Source: Thermofilum pendens Hrk 5 (GTDB lineage Archaea; Thermoproteota; Thermoprotei; Thermofilales; Thermofilaceae). From it: a stretch of DNA of 32,000 bases. Where the stretch lies: contig NC_008698.1 of assembly GCF_000015225.1 (NCBI RefSeq), forward strand, positions 1,560,001 to 1,592,000. The letters run 5' to 3'. Under the pieces are notes generated by a model. The model was not told the origin of the DNA. It made no database searches and saw only the letters and a program-made list of their open reading frames with translations. The position numbers were made by a program, and so were the translations under genes. Shown here piece after piece: positions 1 to 7,678 of the stretch (position 1 is the first letter of the stretch; each line of letters opens with the position of its first letter).

Positions 1-1210
1 GGTCTCGAGCTATCTGGTCCGCCAGCCCTCCCCCTCCGAACCTAGCCCAGACGGCGCACGTCCCCTCGAGGGAAACCATGCAGGGCCCGTACGGCTTCTC
101 GGGGGTACACTTCTTCATGAACATGGGGCAGTCCGTGGGCTTAGCCTTCCCGAGCGTCACCTCGGCGCACCTACAGCCGGGAGGAGTGTCCTTCCGCCAC
201 TTCTCGGGCGTCAGCTCCTCGATCCCGAAGTGCCTCAAGGCGTCCAGGCGCCCGTACTTCTCCCTGAGCCTAAGCCCGCTGAGCGGCAGGAACCCTATCC
301 CCCTCCACGCGTCGTCCACAGCTTCAAACGCCTCGTGTATAGCCGCCTGCGCCTCCAGGTCCCCCTCCCACGTCACCGCCCGCGTATACTCCACTTTGAC
401 CCCGTACTCCCCCCTCGCCAGTTGCCGCATGATCTCCGCGATACCCATGAGCACGTCTATAGGCTCGAACCCCGACACGACCACGGGCACCTGGAACTGC
501 TCCGCGACGGGCTCCCACGCCTTCGCCCCGGTAACCGTCGACACGTGGCCCGGCGCTATCACCCCCATGACAGGCGGCTCCGTGGGCTTGTCGCGCAGGA
601 TGTCCAAGGAGTAGAACATGGCTGGAGGCGTGAGCTTAACGAGGCTCATGAGCTTGAGGTTCTCCGGGAGGCTCCCCGAGACGACCGCGCGGGCGTAGCC
701 GGGGGCAACGGTCTCGAAGCCTATACCGAGAAAGACCGACTCGCCCCCATGCCTAGAGGCGTCCCTCACGGCGTCCACTAAGCTCACCACGAGCCTCACC
801 CTACCCCCCGCCGCCCTAGCCTCCTCGAGGGACGAGACGCCGTCCACGGGGTTCACCGCGCGGAGCTTGAAGGTATCCCCGTACGTGTAAACGGTCACCC
901 CGCTCAGGGAGAGCTCTATAGCCCTCTCGATGTACCAGGAAGGAGTGACGCAGACAGGGCACCCGGGCCCAGCCACCAGCTCGACCCCCTCCGGCATGAG
1001 GCTCCTAAGCCCGAAGTGCACGATAGTCCACTCGTGAGTCCCGCAGAAGTCCATGATCTTGATCCTGTAGTCCCGCCCCTCCCTAGCCCTTATCTCCTCG
1101 AACTTCCTGGCAATATACCCCCTAAGCGCCCCGGCAAGCCTAGCGTTAGACCTGAAAGCCTTCTCCAAGTAGCCAAGCTTCTCCAGAAAAGCGAGCCCCT
1201 GACCCTCCAT
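1..1210 (-). CDS. hypD: Hydrogenase maturation factor HypD (C-terminal end at or beyond the left window edge)
   Basis: Absent from the ORF track because there is no stop codon inside the window. My reverse-strand translation from the ATG at 1210 stays open for all 403 codons: MEGQGLAFLEKLGYLEKAFRSNARLAG...IKIMDFCGTHEWTIVHFGLRSLMPEGVELVAGPGCPVCVTPSWYIERAIEL...LGIGFETVAPGYA...KKCTPEKPYGPCMVSLEGTCAVWARF. HypD hallmarks present: CGTHE, GPGCPVCV, GFET and the C-terminal C..S.EG.C motif. The plus-strand ORFs 78-614 and 230-781 are antisense artefacts of this gene. Confidence 0.85.
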   Translation of the reverse strand, partial: MEGQGLAFLEKLGYLEKAFRSNARLAGALRGYIARKFEEIRAREGRDYRIKIMDFCGTHEWTIVHFGLRSLMPEGVELVAGPGCPVCVTPSWYIERAIELSLSGVTVYTYGDTFKLRAVNPVDGVSSLEEARAAGGRVRLVVSLVDAVRDASRHGGESVFLGIGFETVAPGYARAVVSGSLPENLKLMSLVKLTPPAMFYSLDILRDKPTEPPVMGVIAPGHVSTVTGAKAWEPVAEQFQVPVVVSGFEPIDVLMGIAEIMRQLARGEYGVKVEYTRAVTWEGDLEAQAAIHEAFEAVDDAWRGIGFLPLSGLRLREKYGRLDALRHFGIEELTPEKWRKDTPPGCRCAEVTLGKAKPTDCPMFMKKCTPEKPYGPCMVSLEGTCAVWARFGGGGLADQIARD

Positions 1211-1263
1211 ATGTTGGAAAACCCGATTCTGATAGTTAAATCCTTAACCTAATGTGAAAGTCG

Positions 1264-1268
1264 AAAAA
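1264..1268 (-). terminator. Oligo-T tract (T5 on the minus strand) downstream of FGGY kinase 1; candidate archaeal terminator
   Basis: The minus strand reads GCGCTACTTTTTCGAC about 27 nt after the kinase stop at 1295. Archaeal RNA polymerase terminates at oligo-T runs. The function is inferred only. Confidence 0.25.
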
Positions 1269-1294
1269 GTAGCGCTACGAGGCAAGTTGCTAGT

Positions 1295-2836
1295 TCAGAA
1301 AAAATCTTTAAGTAGGCTTTTTCTAAACTCGTGGAATTCTCTACTATACTCCTTCAATGCTTGATAAAACTTAAAGTATAAGTAAAAGTATTTCGAATAA
1401 AATTCGACATTTTGTGCAAGGGGTTCGGCACCACCATCTAAAATTTCATCTTTCAATGCTAATGCTTCTCTGTATCCGATTCTGTTCTGAGCCAAAGAGT
1501 AGTGAATCCATCCTCCCACTAGTGTAGGCTCTACGTGCTCCCTTACCACATAGAGAGGCATTCCGAACACGTCAGAGAATATTTGCCTCCAAGTACCTAT
1601 CCGTAGTCCTCCCCCTCCCCCATGAGTAAGGAGAGGGTTAAGTCCGTGTTCTTTCAAGGCTTCTAGAATCATTTTCAGCGTGAAAGCAACTCCTTCCATT
1701 ATTGCCCTAAGCATATCGTTACGCGTTGTAGATAGAGATGCGCCGTAAAATGCACCCCTGAAGTATGGGTCTCGTATCGGGAATCTTTCTCCAGTTAAGT
1801 AAGGTAAAAATACTAGGCCATTAGCTCCGGGCGGCGAGAGCCTAGTCTCTATGTCTAGCAAAGTGAACCTATCAATGTTTGCAGTCTCGGATACAATCTC
1901 CTCTGCAGTAGCAAAGTTTCTTAGAAACCACTCCACGGCTACCCCCGCGTTGTTCACGGCCCCGCCTACTATCCACCGTGAATTACCGGCATAGTACGAG
2001 AAAAAGCGCATATGCCTTCCGTCTAGGACAGGAGACGGCTCTGTAACTCTTATCGCGGCACTCGTACCCACGTTTAATGCTAGAACGTTACGCTCGAGGG
2101 CGATCACTCCGAAACTATGGGCACCGGCATCTGATACCCCGGGGTATATCGGCGTAGCTTTTTTAAAGCCTGTAAGTGTCGAAGCCTCACTGGAGAGCTC
2201 TAAATGCTCTTTCTCGCCGATATACAGCTCTGGGAGGTTTTCTTCGCCAAGCCCGGCTATCTCAATTGCTTTTTCGCTCCATTTAAGACTACGTATATCC
2301 ACCATTTGAGCACCCGAAGCGGTCGAAACGTCCACCGCTAGATGCCCAGTTAGCTTGAAGAGGGGGAATTCCTTAACGGACACGGCGACCTTAAAGCCTG
2401 CTCTAGGGTTTAACAGCCTTCTCAGGTAAATTATTTTTATCAATGGATACACGTATAGAGGGGGGCACCCCGTTTCCTGATACAGCTCGTAGCTTTCCGC
2501 GTCTATCTCATCTATGAATTGTGACGGGCGAGTATCTAGGTACGTTACAAGCCCAGAAAGCGGTTCGCCCTCTCTGTCTAGAATCATTGCGCTGTGCATC
2601 TGAGAAGTGAAAAATATCGCTTCTGCCTCACCTTTTGTGAACTTAGCGGCTTGCCTCAAAGAAGAAACTACTTTCGAGTATATCTCATAGGGGTTTTGCT
2701 CAGCCCTGCCGGATGCGTCTACCTCAAGTGTAACACGTTCCGTGAACGAGTGCAGAAGACGCCCATCCTCGTTAAAAATACCCGTTTTGATGTTTGTAGT
2801 ACCAATGTCCACAACAACAATTGCCATAAAGCTCAC
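1295..2836 (-). CDS. FGGY-family carbohydrate kinase, paralogue 1 (xylulo-/gluconokinase-like; substrate unknown)
   Basis: MAIVVVDIGTTNIKTG (FGGY N-terminal DxGT phosphate motif), TGCPPLYVYPLIKIIYL, LSPPGANGLVFLPYLTGERFP, LRAIMEGVAFTL and HGGGGG. The 513 aa length fits the family. The GTG at 2836 overlaps the permease stop (TAGTG); the ATG at 2827 is an equally plausible start. Confidence 0.85.
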   Translation of the reverse strand: MSFMAIVVVDIGTTNIKTGIFNEDGRLLHSFTERVTLEVDASGRAEQNPYEIYSKVVSSLRQAAKFTKGEAEAIFFTSQMHSAMILDREGEPLSGLVTYLDTRPSQFIDEIDAESYELYQETGCPPLYVYPLIKIIYLRRLLNPRAGFKVAVSVKEFPLFKLTGHLAVDVSTASGAQMVDIRSLKWSEKAIEIAGLGEENLPELYIGEKEHLELSSEASTLTGFKKATPIYPGVSDAGAHSFGVIALERNVLALNVGTSAAIRVTEPSPVLDGRHMRFFSYYAGNSRWIVGGAVNNAGVAVEWFLRNFATAEEIVSETANIDRFTLLDIETRLSPPGANGLVFLPYLTGERFPIRDPYFRGAFYGASLSTTRNDMLRAIMEGVAFTLKMILEALKEHGLNPLLTHGGGGGLRIGTWRQIFSDVFGMPLYVVREHVEPTLVGGWIHYSLAQNRIGYREALALKDEILDGGAEPLAQNVEFYSKYFYLYFKFYQALKEYSREFHEFRKSLLKDFF

Positions 2837-3711
2837 TAGGCTTTAACAGCTCCCCTTATCAATCCTGCTACAACGTATTTCTGCACCAGCATGTAAAGAA
2901 CTGAGGGGACAAGCCCTGCAAATATTGCCGTGGCAGCTAAACCTCCTGGATCCACTATCTCGCCTCCCCATAGGAAGAATGTCGTCGCTATCGGGAGAGT
3001 ATAGTTTCTGCTAGAGCTAAGAAGCACTAATGCAAAGAGTAGGTCGTTCCAGGAGAGAGTGAAGGAGAAGATAAACGCTGTGATAAAGCCTGGAACCGAC
3101 ACTGGTATAACGACTCTCCATAAGGCTTCAAATCTCGTGCAACCATCTATTAAAGCGGCCTCTTCGAGAACCCTGGGTATACCGTAGAAGTAGCTTCTCA
3201 TCATCAGAGTAGAGTAGGGTAAAGTGTACGCTAAGTGGACTAAAGCTAGACCATGAAGTGTGTTATAGAGTCCGAGGTTCCGCACGATGATTAAGACGGG
3301 AACTATCAGTATGAAGACTGGGAAGACATATGCGAATAAAACGAGCCATGTAACCACTCTTTTCCCTTTGTAGTCGAACCTCGCAAGGTTGTAGCCTGCA
3401 AGCGAGCCTAGAATAACGCCTATTGTAGATGCTAGCAATGAAACGATAAGGCTGTTCCTAATGTATACAATCATGGGGTCAGGCAGTGCGGCTCTTATTC
3501 CCATTCCACGTAAAATAGCTTCAAGCGACGGGTTAAAGAGACTTAAGTAATTGTCCAAGGTTATCTTTGTTGGTAGAGGTTTCCAGGCCTCTTCAGGTGT
3601 AGAAATACTTGTTTTAAAAGCCCAGAACGTCGGTATTACTATCCAAAGCAGTAAGATCGCAGAGCCTGCAAAGATAATTAATCTTTCAACCAGTTTCCTC
3701 CCTTCCCCCAT
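2836..3711 (-). CDS. Sugar ABC transporter permease (CUT1, MalG-like)
   Basis: Multi-TM protein with the binding-protein-dependent transporter EAA loop EEAALIDGCTRFEALWRVVIPVSVPG. It is tightly packed with the neighbouring permease and kinase genes. Confidence 0.9.
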   Translation of the reverse strand: MGEGRKLVERLIIFAGSAILLLWIVIPTFWAFKTSISTPEEAWKPLPTKITLDNYLSLFNPSLEAILRGMGIRAALPDPMIVYIRNSLIVSLLASTIGVILGSLAGYNLARFDYKGKRVVTWLVLFAYVFPVFILIVPVLIIVRNLGLYNTLHGLALVHLAYTLPYSTLMMRSYFYGIPRVLEEAALIDGCTRFEALWRVVIPVSVPGFITAFIFSFTLSWNDLLFALVLLSSSRNYTLPIATTFFLWGGEIVDPGGLAATAIFAGLVPSVLYMLVQKYVVAGLIRGAVKA

Positions 3712-3713
3712 GG

Positions 3714-4565
3714 CTACTCACCCATCTGCTTTAAGGTAAAGTAAATCAGCACAAGGTATATCGGCAAGACAAGAATCGTGTATGCAGCCGCTAGGGGGAA
3801 GTTTATTTCAGTCATAAAGGCTATCTTAAAGGTAGCTATTGGAATGGTTGTTGTCGCGTCCACGGGACCTCCACCCGTAGTCATGTATATCTGGGTAAAC
3901 TCCCCGAGCGTCCACATTGTGGAGAGGAGAGCTACAGTGTATAATACAGGCTTGAGTTGCGGAATGGTTACATGGATGAACTTCTGAAGCGCTGATGCCC
4001 CATCAATCTCAGCGGCTTCATAAAGCTCTTCGGGAATAGCCTGCAGGCCGGCTAGGTACCCCATGAAGAAGAAGGGCCAGCCGTGCCAGATATTGATAAG
4101 TATGACTGATGCCATCGCCATGTCGTAGCTCATCCAGTGAACAGGTTGAAGACCCATTAACTTCAGAACGGTGTTGAAAGTGCCTCGATAGTCATAGTTA
4201 AACCAGAACAGTACAGCAACCACGAACGATGGAAATGCCCAGGGAAGTATGGAGAAACCTCTGAGGAAGCCCCTCCCCCAGAATTTCTTGTTTAAAAGCA
4301 GAGCTACTCCTAAGCCTATAAGAGCCTTAAAGAAGACCGAAGTAAAAGTGTAGATTACTGAGTTAACGACACTCTTGTAGAAGGAGGCAGAGCTGAGAAG
4401 CCTTTGATAGTTTTTAAGTCCAATGAAGACAGCCTCACCCCCCAGGCTTTTCTCCTGAAAACTTAGCCAAACATTGTAGCCTATTGGGATAATGAATATA
4501 ATTATGATAAGTGTGAGTGTTGGTACCACGTAAAGCCATTGCGAAAGCAACTTTGAATGCTTCAT
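3714..4565 (-). CDS. Sugar ABC transporter permease (CUT1, MalF-like)
   Basis: Multi-TM protein with the EAA loop YEAAEIDGASALQKFIHVTIPQLKP. Only 2 nt separate it from the downstream permease. Confidence 0.9.
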   Translation of the reverse strand: MKHSKLLSQWLYVVPTLTLIIIIFIIPIGYNVWLSFQEKSLGGEAVFIGLKNYQRLLSSASFYKSVVNSVIYTFTSVFFKALIGLGVALLLNKKFWGRGFLRGFSILPWAFPSFVVAVLFWFNYDYRGTFNTVLKLMGLQPVHWMSYDMAMASVILINIWHGWPFFFMGYLAGLQAIPEELYEAAEIDGASALQKFIHVTIPQLKPVLYTVALLSTMWTLGEFTQIYMTTGGGPVDATTTIPIATFKIAFMTEINFPLAAAYTILVLPIYLVLIYFTLKQMGE

Positions 4566-4594
4566 GAGAAAAACACCCTTTAAAAAGAAAAAAC

Positions 4595-5947
4595 TTATCC
4601 TCCGTAAACCCTGCGCACTTCCTCGCGTAGTCTCGCTGCATACTCGTCAATTACTTTGTCGGGATCTTCGCCCTTGACTACAACCCTTTGTATCATTTCG
4701 TTCCAGATGAAGCCTTCTCTGAACGTCTCACTGGGCGTAGTTCTCTCGCCAAGCGGGAAAGCAGCAGTCTCCATAAACTTGATTTTCTCTACTGCAACTG
4801 CTGGGTCTTCTCCAAAGGCTGGGTACTTGCCCTTCTTCCAGTCACTGGAAATTACCTTCATTTGCGACTTAAATGGAGGCAAGAAGTAGAGGGCGCCGGC
4901 TTCGACGAAGCCTCGGCGATAATCATCCTTGTCAGCAAATAGGTAGTAAACTAGGTCCTTTGCGAGATCCGGGTACTTCGTAGTCTTGAATATGAATGTG
5001 CTCTCGTCTCCACAATCAACAGATATGGGTAACACGAACAGCTTAGTCTTGGCGGCGAGCTCTGGGTTTTGCGTCATTAGAGCATAGTAAATACTTGCTG
5101 GGTTTATTGTCATAGCTATTTTGCCTTGTATGTAGGCGTTGTTATTCGATGCGTCCACCCACTGGTCGCTATCAGGCGGTGTCAGCTTCTCAACCCATAT
5201 TTTCCTCTCTATTTCGAAGGCCTTTTTAAGCGCAGAACGGTAAGGTTCCTTGTCCATAATCACTCCGGCAACGCTCCTATTTGCAAGCATAGCCCCACCG
5301 TATCCTCCCCAGAAGTGCTCGAAGGTCCACCATGTGTCGTAACCATTTAGCCCTAGTGGCAAGCCTACGCCGTAAACGCCTGGCTCTACGTTATGTAAAG
5401 CTTTAGCCGCTACGTAGAAATCATCCAACGACTTTAGCGGGAACAGGTTCTGTGCACCGGCTTTCTGTACGATGTCCCAGCGCACGTGAAGCCATGTCAT
5501 TTCAAATCCCATAGGCACACAGTAATAGTGTCCTCCCCAAGAGCATATTTTGAGCTTAATTTCATAAAAGTCGCTCTTGTTTAGTTTCTCGATAACATCG
5601 TCTAAGGGAAGTAGCAAACCCTTCTCAGCGAATATCGCAACCGGGTGCCCGTTGATAACAATGTCGGGAGGGTTCCCTGCTTCGACAGCGGCGGTCAGCT
5701 TTTTACCTATATCTGCTACCGCGTACCAAGTTATCTCAACGTCCACATTATTCTTGCTTGCCCACTCGCGAACCTTCTTTTCGATCCAGTACATCTGAGG
5801 AGGAACAAAGGTAGCTCTACCCCAGATCACGAGGTGAGGCTTAGGCTTAGGCGTTAGCTGTTGAACGAGTAGAACGCCTATTCCTGCGACTATTATTACG
5901 GCTAAGACTATGAGAGCAATTATTTTCGTTGGAGGTTTTTTGCTCAT
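4595..5947 (-). CDS. Extracellular solute-binding protein, family 1 (carbohydrate ABC importer)
   Basis: N-terminal KKPPTKIIALIVLAVIIVAGIGVLLV membrane anchor (archaeal style), followed by a ~420 aa W/Y/G/P-rich soluble domain typical of CUT1 sugar-binding proteins. It is the first gene of the binding protein-permease-permease-kinase string. Confidence 0.8.
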   Translation of the reverse strand: MSKKPPTKIIALIVLAVIIVAGIGVLLVQQLTPKPKPHLVIWGRATFVPPQMYWIEKKVREWASKNNVDVEITWYAVADIGKKLTAAVEAGNPPDIVINGHPVAIFAEKGLLLPLDDVIEKLNKSDFYEIKLKICSWGGHYYCVPMGFEMTWLHVRWDIVQKAGAQNLFPLKSLDDFYVAAKALHNVEPGVYGVGLPLGLNGYDTWWTFEHFWGGYGGAMLANRSVAGVIMDKEPYRSALKKAFEIERKIWVEKLTPPDSDQWVDASNNNAYIQGKIAMTINPASIYYALMTQNPELAAKTKLFVLPISVDCGDESTFIFKTTKYPDLAKDLVYYLFADKDDYRRGFVEAGALYFLPPFKSQMKVISSDWKKGKYPAFGEDPAVAVEKIKFMETAAFPLGERTTPSETFREGFIWNEMIQRVVVKGEDPDKVIDEYAARLREEVRRVYGG

Positions 5948-5956
5948 CGAGAAAGA

Positions 5957-5980
5957 AATTTATACTATAAATTATTAAAG
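5957..5980 (-). promoter_or_regulatory. TATA-type promoter region for the ABC transporter/kinase operon
   Basis: The minus strand reads CTTTAATAATTTATAGTATAAATT, lying 10-33 nt upstream of the binding-protein ATG (5947). This spacing suggests a leaderless or very short-leader mRNA. A CCAAA-TTCG-TTTGG hairpin at 5986-5999 lies just after the upstream aldolase gene. Confidence 0.4.
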
Positions 5981-6006
5981 CTACAGCCAAATTCGTTTGG
6001 GCTATG

Positions 6007-6900
6007 CTAGGTCTCTACTCCTTCTAACAATTCCTCAATGTACGACTTTAAAATCTCTTGAACCTCGTGAGGAGCTGGCAGGAAAGGTTTTCTTGGAAAG
6101 CCGGCGTCTACCCCTCTAAGTTTTAGTGCCAAGTACACTAGAGGTATTGTGGGCCCGAGTCTTTGCACCTGTCTCCGTACTTTGTTGATTTTATACTGTA
6201 TTTTAGCGGCGTTCTCGAAATCTCTGTTCTCTAAAGCCTTAAACAATTTGAAGACTATCTCCGGAGCATAGTTGGACATACCAGGTATAAAAGCCCTGGC
6301 CCCGAGAACATACGTGGGAAGCATTAAGGCCTCCGTCCCCACCACTACGTCAAAATCTTCGCCCAAGGTAACCTTATAGTCTATGAACGCCTGAACATCG
6401 AAGCTACTATCTTTTATCCCCGCGACTCCGACCTCTTTTAACTTAAGAGCGAGTTCGGGCGTAATTGGATAACCTACTCGTGGAGGATTGTTGTACGCGT
6501 ATACGGGTATAGAAACGGAGTCTACGAGTTCTCTGAAAAAGTTGAGTATATGCGTCTCAGAGTGATGGTAATAAAAGGGTGGTACACTAGCCACGGCGTG
6601 GGCCCCTATGTCCTGCGCGTGTTTAGCAAGCTCTACGGCTGTCTCTGTATCGGCAGACCCCACGTGTACAACTATCAGCTTCTCGCCTCCTACAAGCTCG
6701 GCAACTCTTTCAGCAACCTTTTTCCTTTGATCAGTCCTCATCAGAGGGCCCAGACCGTAAGTCCCACAAAGATAATATCCGTGAACATAGGGCTTTGTAA
6801 ACTCAACAATCCCACTTAGGCGGTCTACCGAGAGATTACCTTTTGTGTCAAAAGGTGTAATAAGGGGAGGAATTATTCCGTATAGACGTGTAACAGGCAT
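6007..6900 (-). CDS. DHDPS/NAL-family class I (Schiff-base) pyruvate aldolase, 2-keto-3-deoxy-(phospho)gluconate aldolase-like
   Basis: GIIPPLITPF, CGTYGLGPLM (GTTGE-equivalent), FYYH, YAYNNPPRVGYPITPE, GIKDSS (Schiff-base Lys position) and GFPRKPFLP. By eye it aligns over its full length with Sulfolobus KD(P)G aldolase (..NGTTGLGPSL.., ..YLYNYPTATG.., ..GVKDT.., ..GYPRPPIFP..), recalled from memory. Confidence 0.75.
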   Translation of the reverse strand: MPVTRLYGIIPPLITPFDTKGNLSVDRLSGIVEFTKPYVHGYYLCGTYGLGPLMRTDQRKKVAERVAELVGGEKLIVVHVGSADTETAVELAKHAQDIGAHAVASVPPFYYHHSETHILNFFRELVDSVSIPVYAYNNPPRVGYPITPELALKLKEVGVAGIKDSSFDVQAFIDYKVTLGEDFDVVVGTEALMLPTYVLGARAFIPGMSNYAPEIVFKLFKALENRDFENAAKIQYKINKVRRQVQRLGPTIPLVYLALKLRGVDAGFPRKPFLPAPHEVQEILKSYIEELLEGVET

Positions 6901-6930
6901 ACACCACTCCTACCACTGATCCTATCATCA

Positions 6931-6960
6931 CTTATATATTTTGGCCCAAACTTTAAATAA
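6931..6960. promoter_or_regulatory. Divergent promoter: two TATA boxes flanking a TTTGG-C-CCAAA inverted repeat
   Basis: TTATATAT at 6932-6939 suits the minus-strand aldolase gene (start 6900). TTTAAATA at 6952-6959 suits the plus-strand regulator (ATG 6992). The perfect 5+1+5 inverted repeat TTTGGCCCAAA at 6940-6950 sits exactly between them. Confidence 0.45.
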
Positions 6961-6991
6961 TACCTCTTTGGTAAGTATCACAGTCTACAGT

Positions 6992-7678
6992 ATGACAACC
7001 TTAAGGCCGTACAAAGTTTACATGCGTCCTCAAAAAAGCCTTCTCAGCGAACTTACGAATTTACCAGGCATCGAGATAACTGTGCTCAATATTATACAGA
7101 GCGGAAGCACATACAAGACTTTAGCACACGCAACAACTTCTGGGAACCTAAAATTCTATCAAGTGTTAGAAGAAATGAAGTTCAAAAACGAAATATTGGA
7201 TTTCAAGGTTTTGAACAAGAATAAACAATCCGTAACTTTTATTCTTGAAAGGGATTATTGTACATTCTACGACTATACTTTAGGCACAGGAAGATTTATA
7301 CTATTTCCCTATGTAATTAAAAAAGGAACTAGAAAATTCTTTATCATTTCGGAGGAAGAGCCCAGCATTCTTTTAGACAGGTTAAAGAAGTATGGCACTG
7401 TGACGCGTATGGAGAAAGTGCTACTAACGGACGCCTTAAAGGATTCGTACGCGCTATTAATGCGGACAGACCTATTATCGAAATTAACGCCTCTTCAGCG
7501 CAAAATACTCTCTAAGGCAATAATAAAAGGTTACTTTGACTGGCCGCGGAAGTACTCGTTGTCTGACCTCTCACAAGAGCTAGGCATCTCAAAGGCTACG
7601 CTTGCAGAACATATAAGAAGATCCGAGTCGAAGATTCTAAAGTACCTTCTGGAGGGGGGCGAGGGATTCACGGAATGA
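6992..7678 (+). CDS. Transcriptional regulator with C-terminal HTH_10 (bacterio-opsin-activator-type) domain
   Basis: The C-terminus LTPLQRKILSKAIIKGYFDWPRKYSLSDLSQELGISKATLAEHIRRSESKILKYLL matches the HTH_10 pattern LT.rQ..L..A...GY.d.PR...l.dLa..LgiSk.T..eHlR.aE.Kl. I start it at ATG 6992 because the track's TTG at 6941 lies inside the TATA/operator region. This is the lowest-G+C gene in the window (17/60 G+C at 7201-7260). Confidence 0.7.
   Translation: MTTLRPYKVYMRPQKSLLSELTNLPGIEITVLNIIQSGSTYKTLAHATTSGNLKFYQVLEEMKFKNEILDFKVLNKNKQSVTFILERDYCTFYDYTLGTGRFILFPYVIKKGTRKFFIISEEEPSILLDRLKKYGTVTRMEKVLLTDALKDSYALLMRTDLLSKLTPLQRKILSKAIIKGYFDWPRKYSLSDLSQELGISKATLAEHIRRSESKILKYLLEGGEGFTE

Noticed and set aside
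78-781. Plus-strand ORFs of 178 and 183 aa (78-614, 230-781), plus the minus-strand 324-518 ORF
   Set aside because: They lie antisense to, or out of frame within, the strongly supported hypD reading frame. They are Pro/Arg/Ser/Gly-rich with no recognisable motifs. Long stop-free alternative frames are expected at about 65-70% G+C.
1211-1294. Search for att-like direct repeats, a tRNA or an integrase at the island borders
   Set aside because: Only 6-7-nt matches were found between the left border and the right-hand candidates (CCTAATG at about 1247 and 10232; GCGCTAC at about 1272 and 11089), which is no better than chance. No recombinase gene is present, so I do not call a mobile element.
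6925-6931. GTGATGA (C-box-like) on the minus strand upstream of the aldolase gene
   Set aside because: It lies between the TATA box and the start codon of the aldolase gene, there is no D box at the proper spacing, and it is most likely chance.
6941-6991. ORF-track TTG start for the regulator at 6941
   Set aside because: It would put the start codon inside the inverted repeat and upstream of the TATA box at 6952-6959. ATG 6992 fits the promoter geometry.
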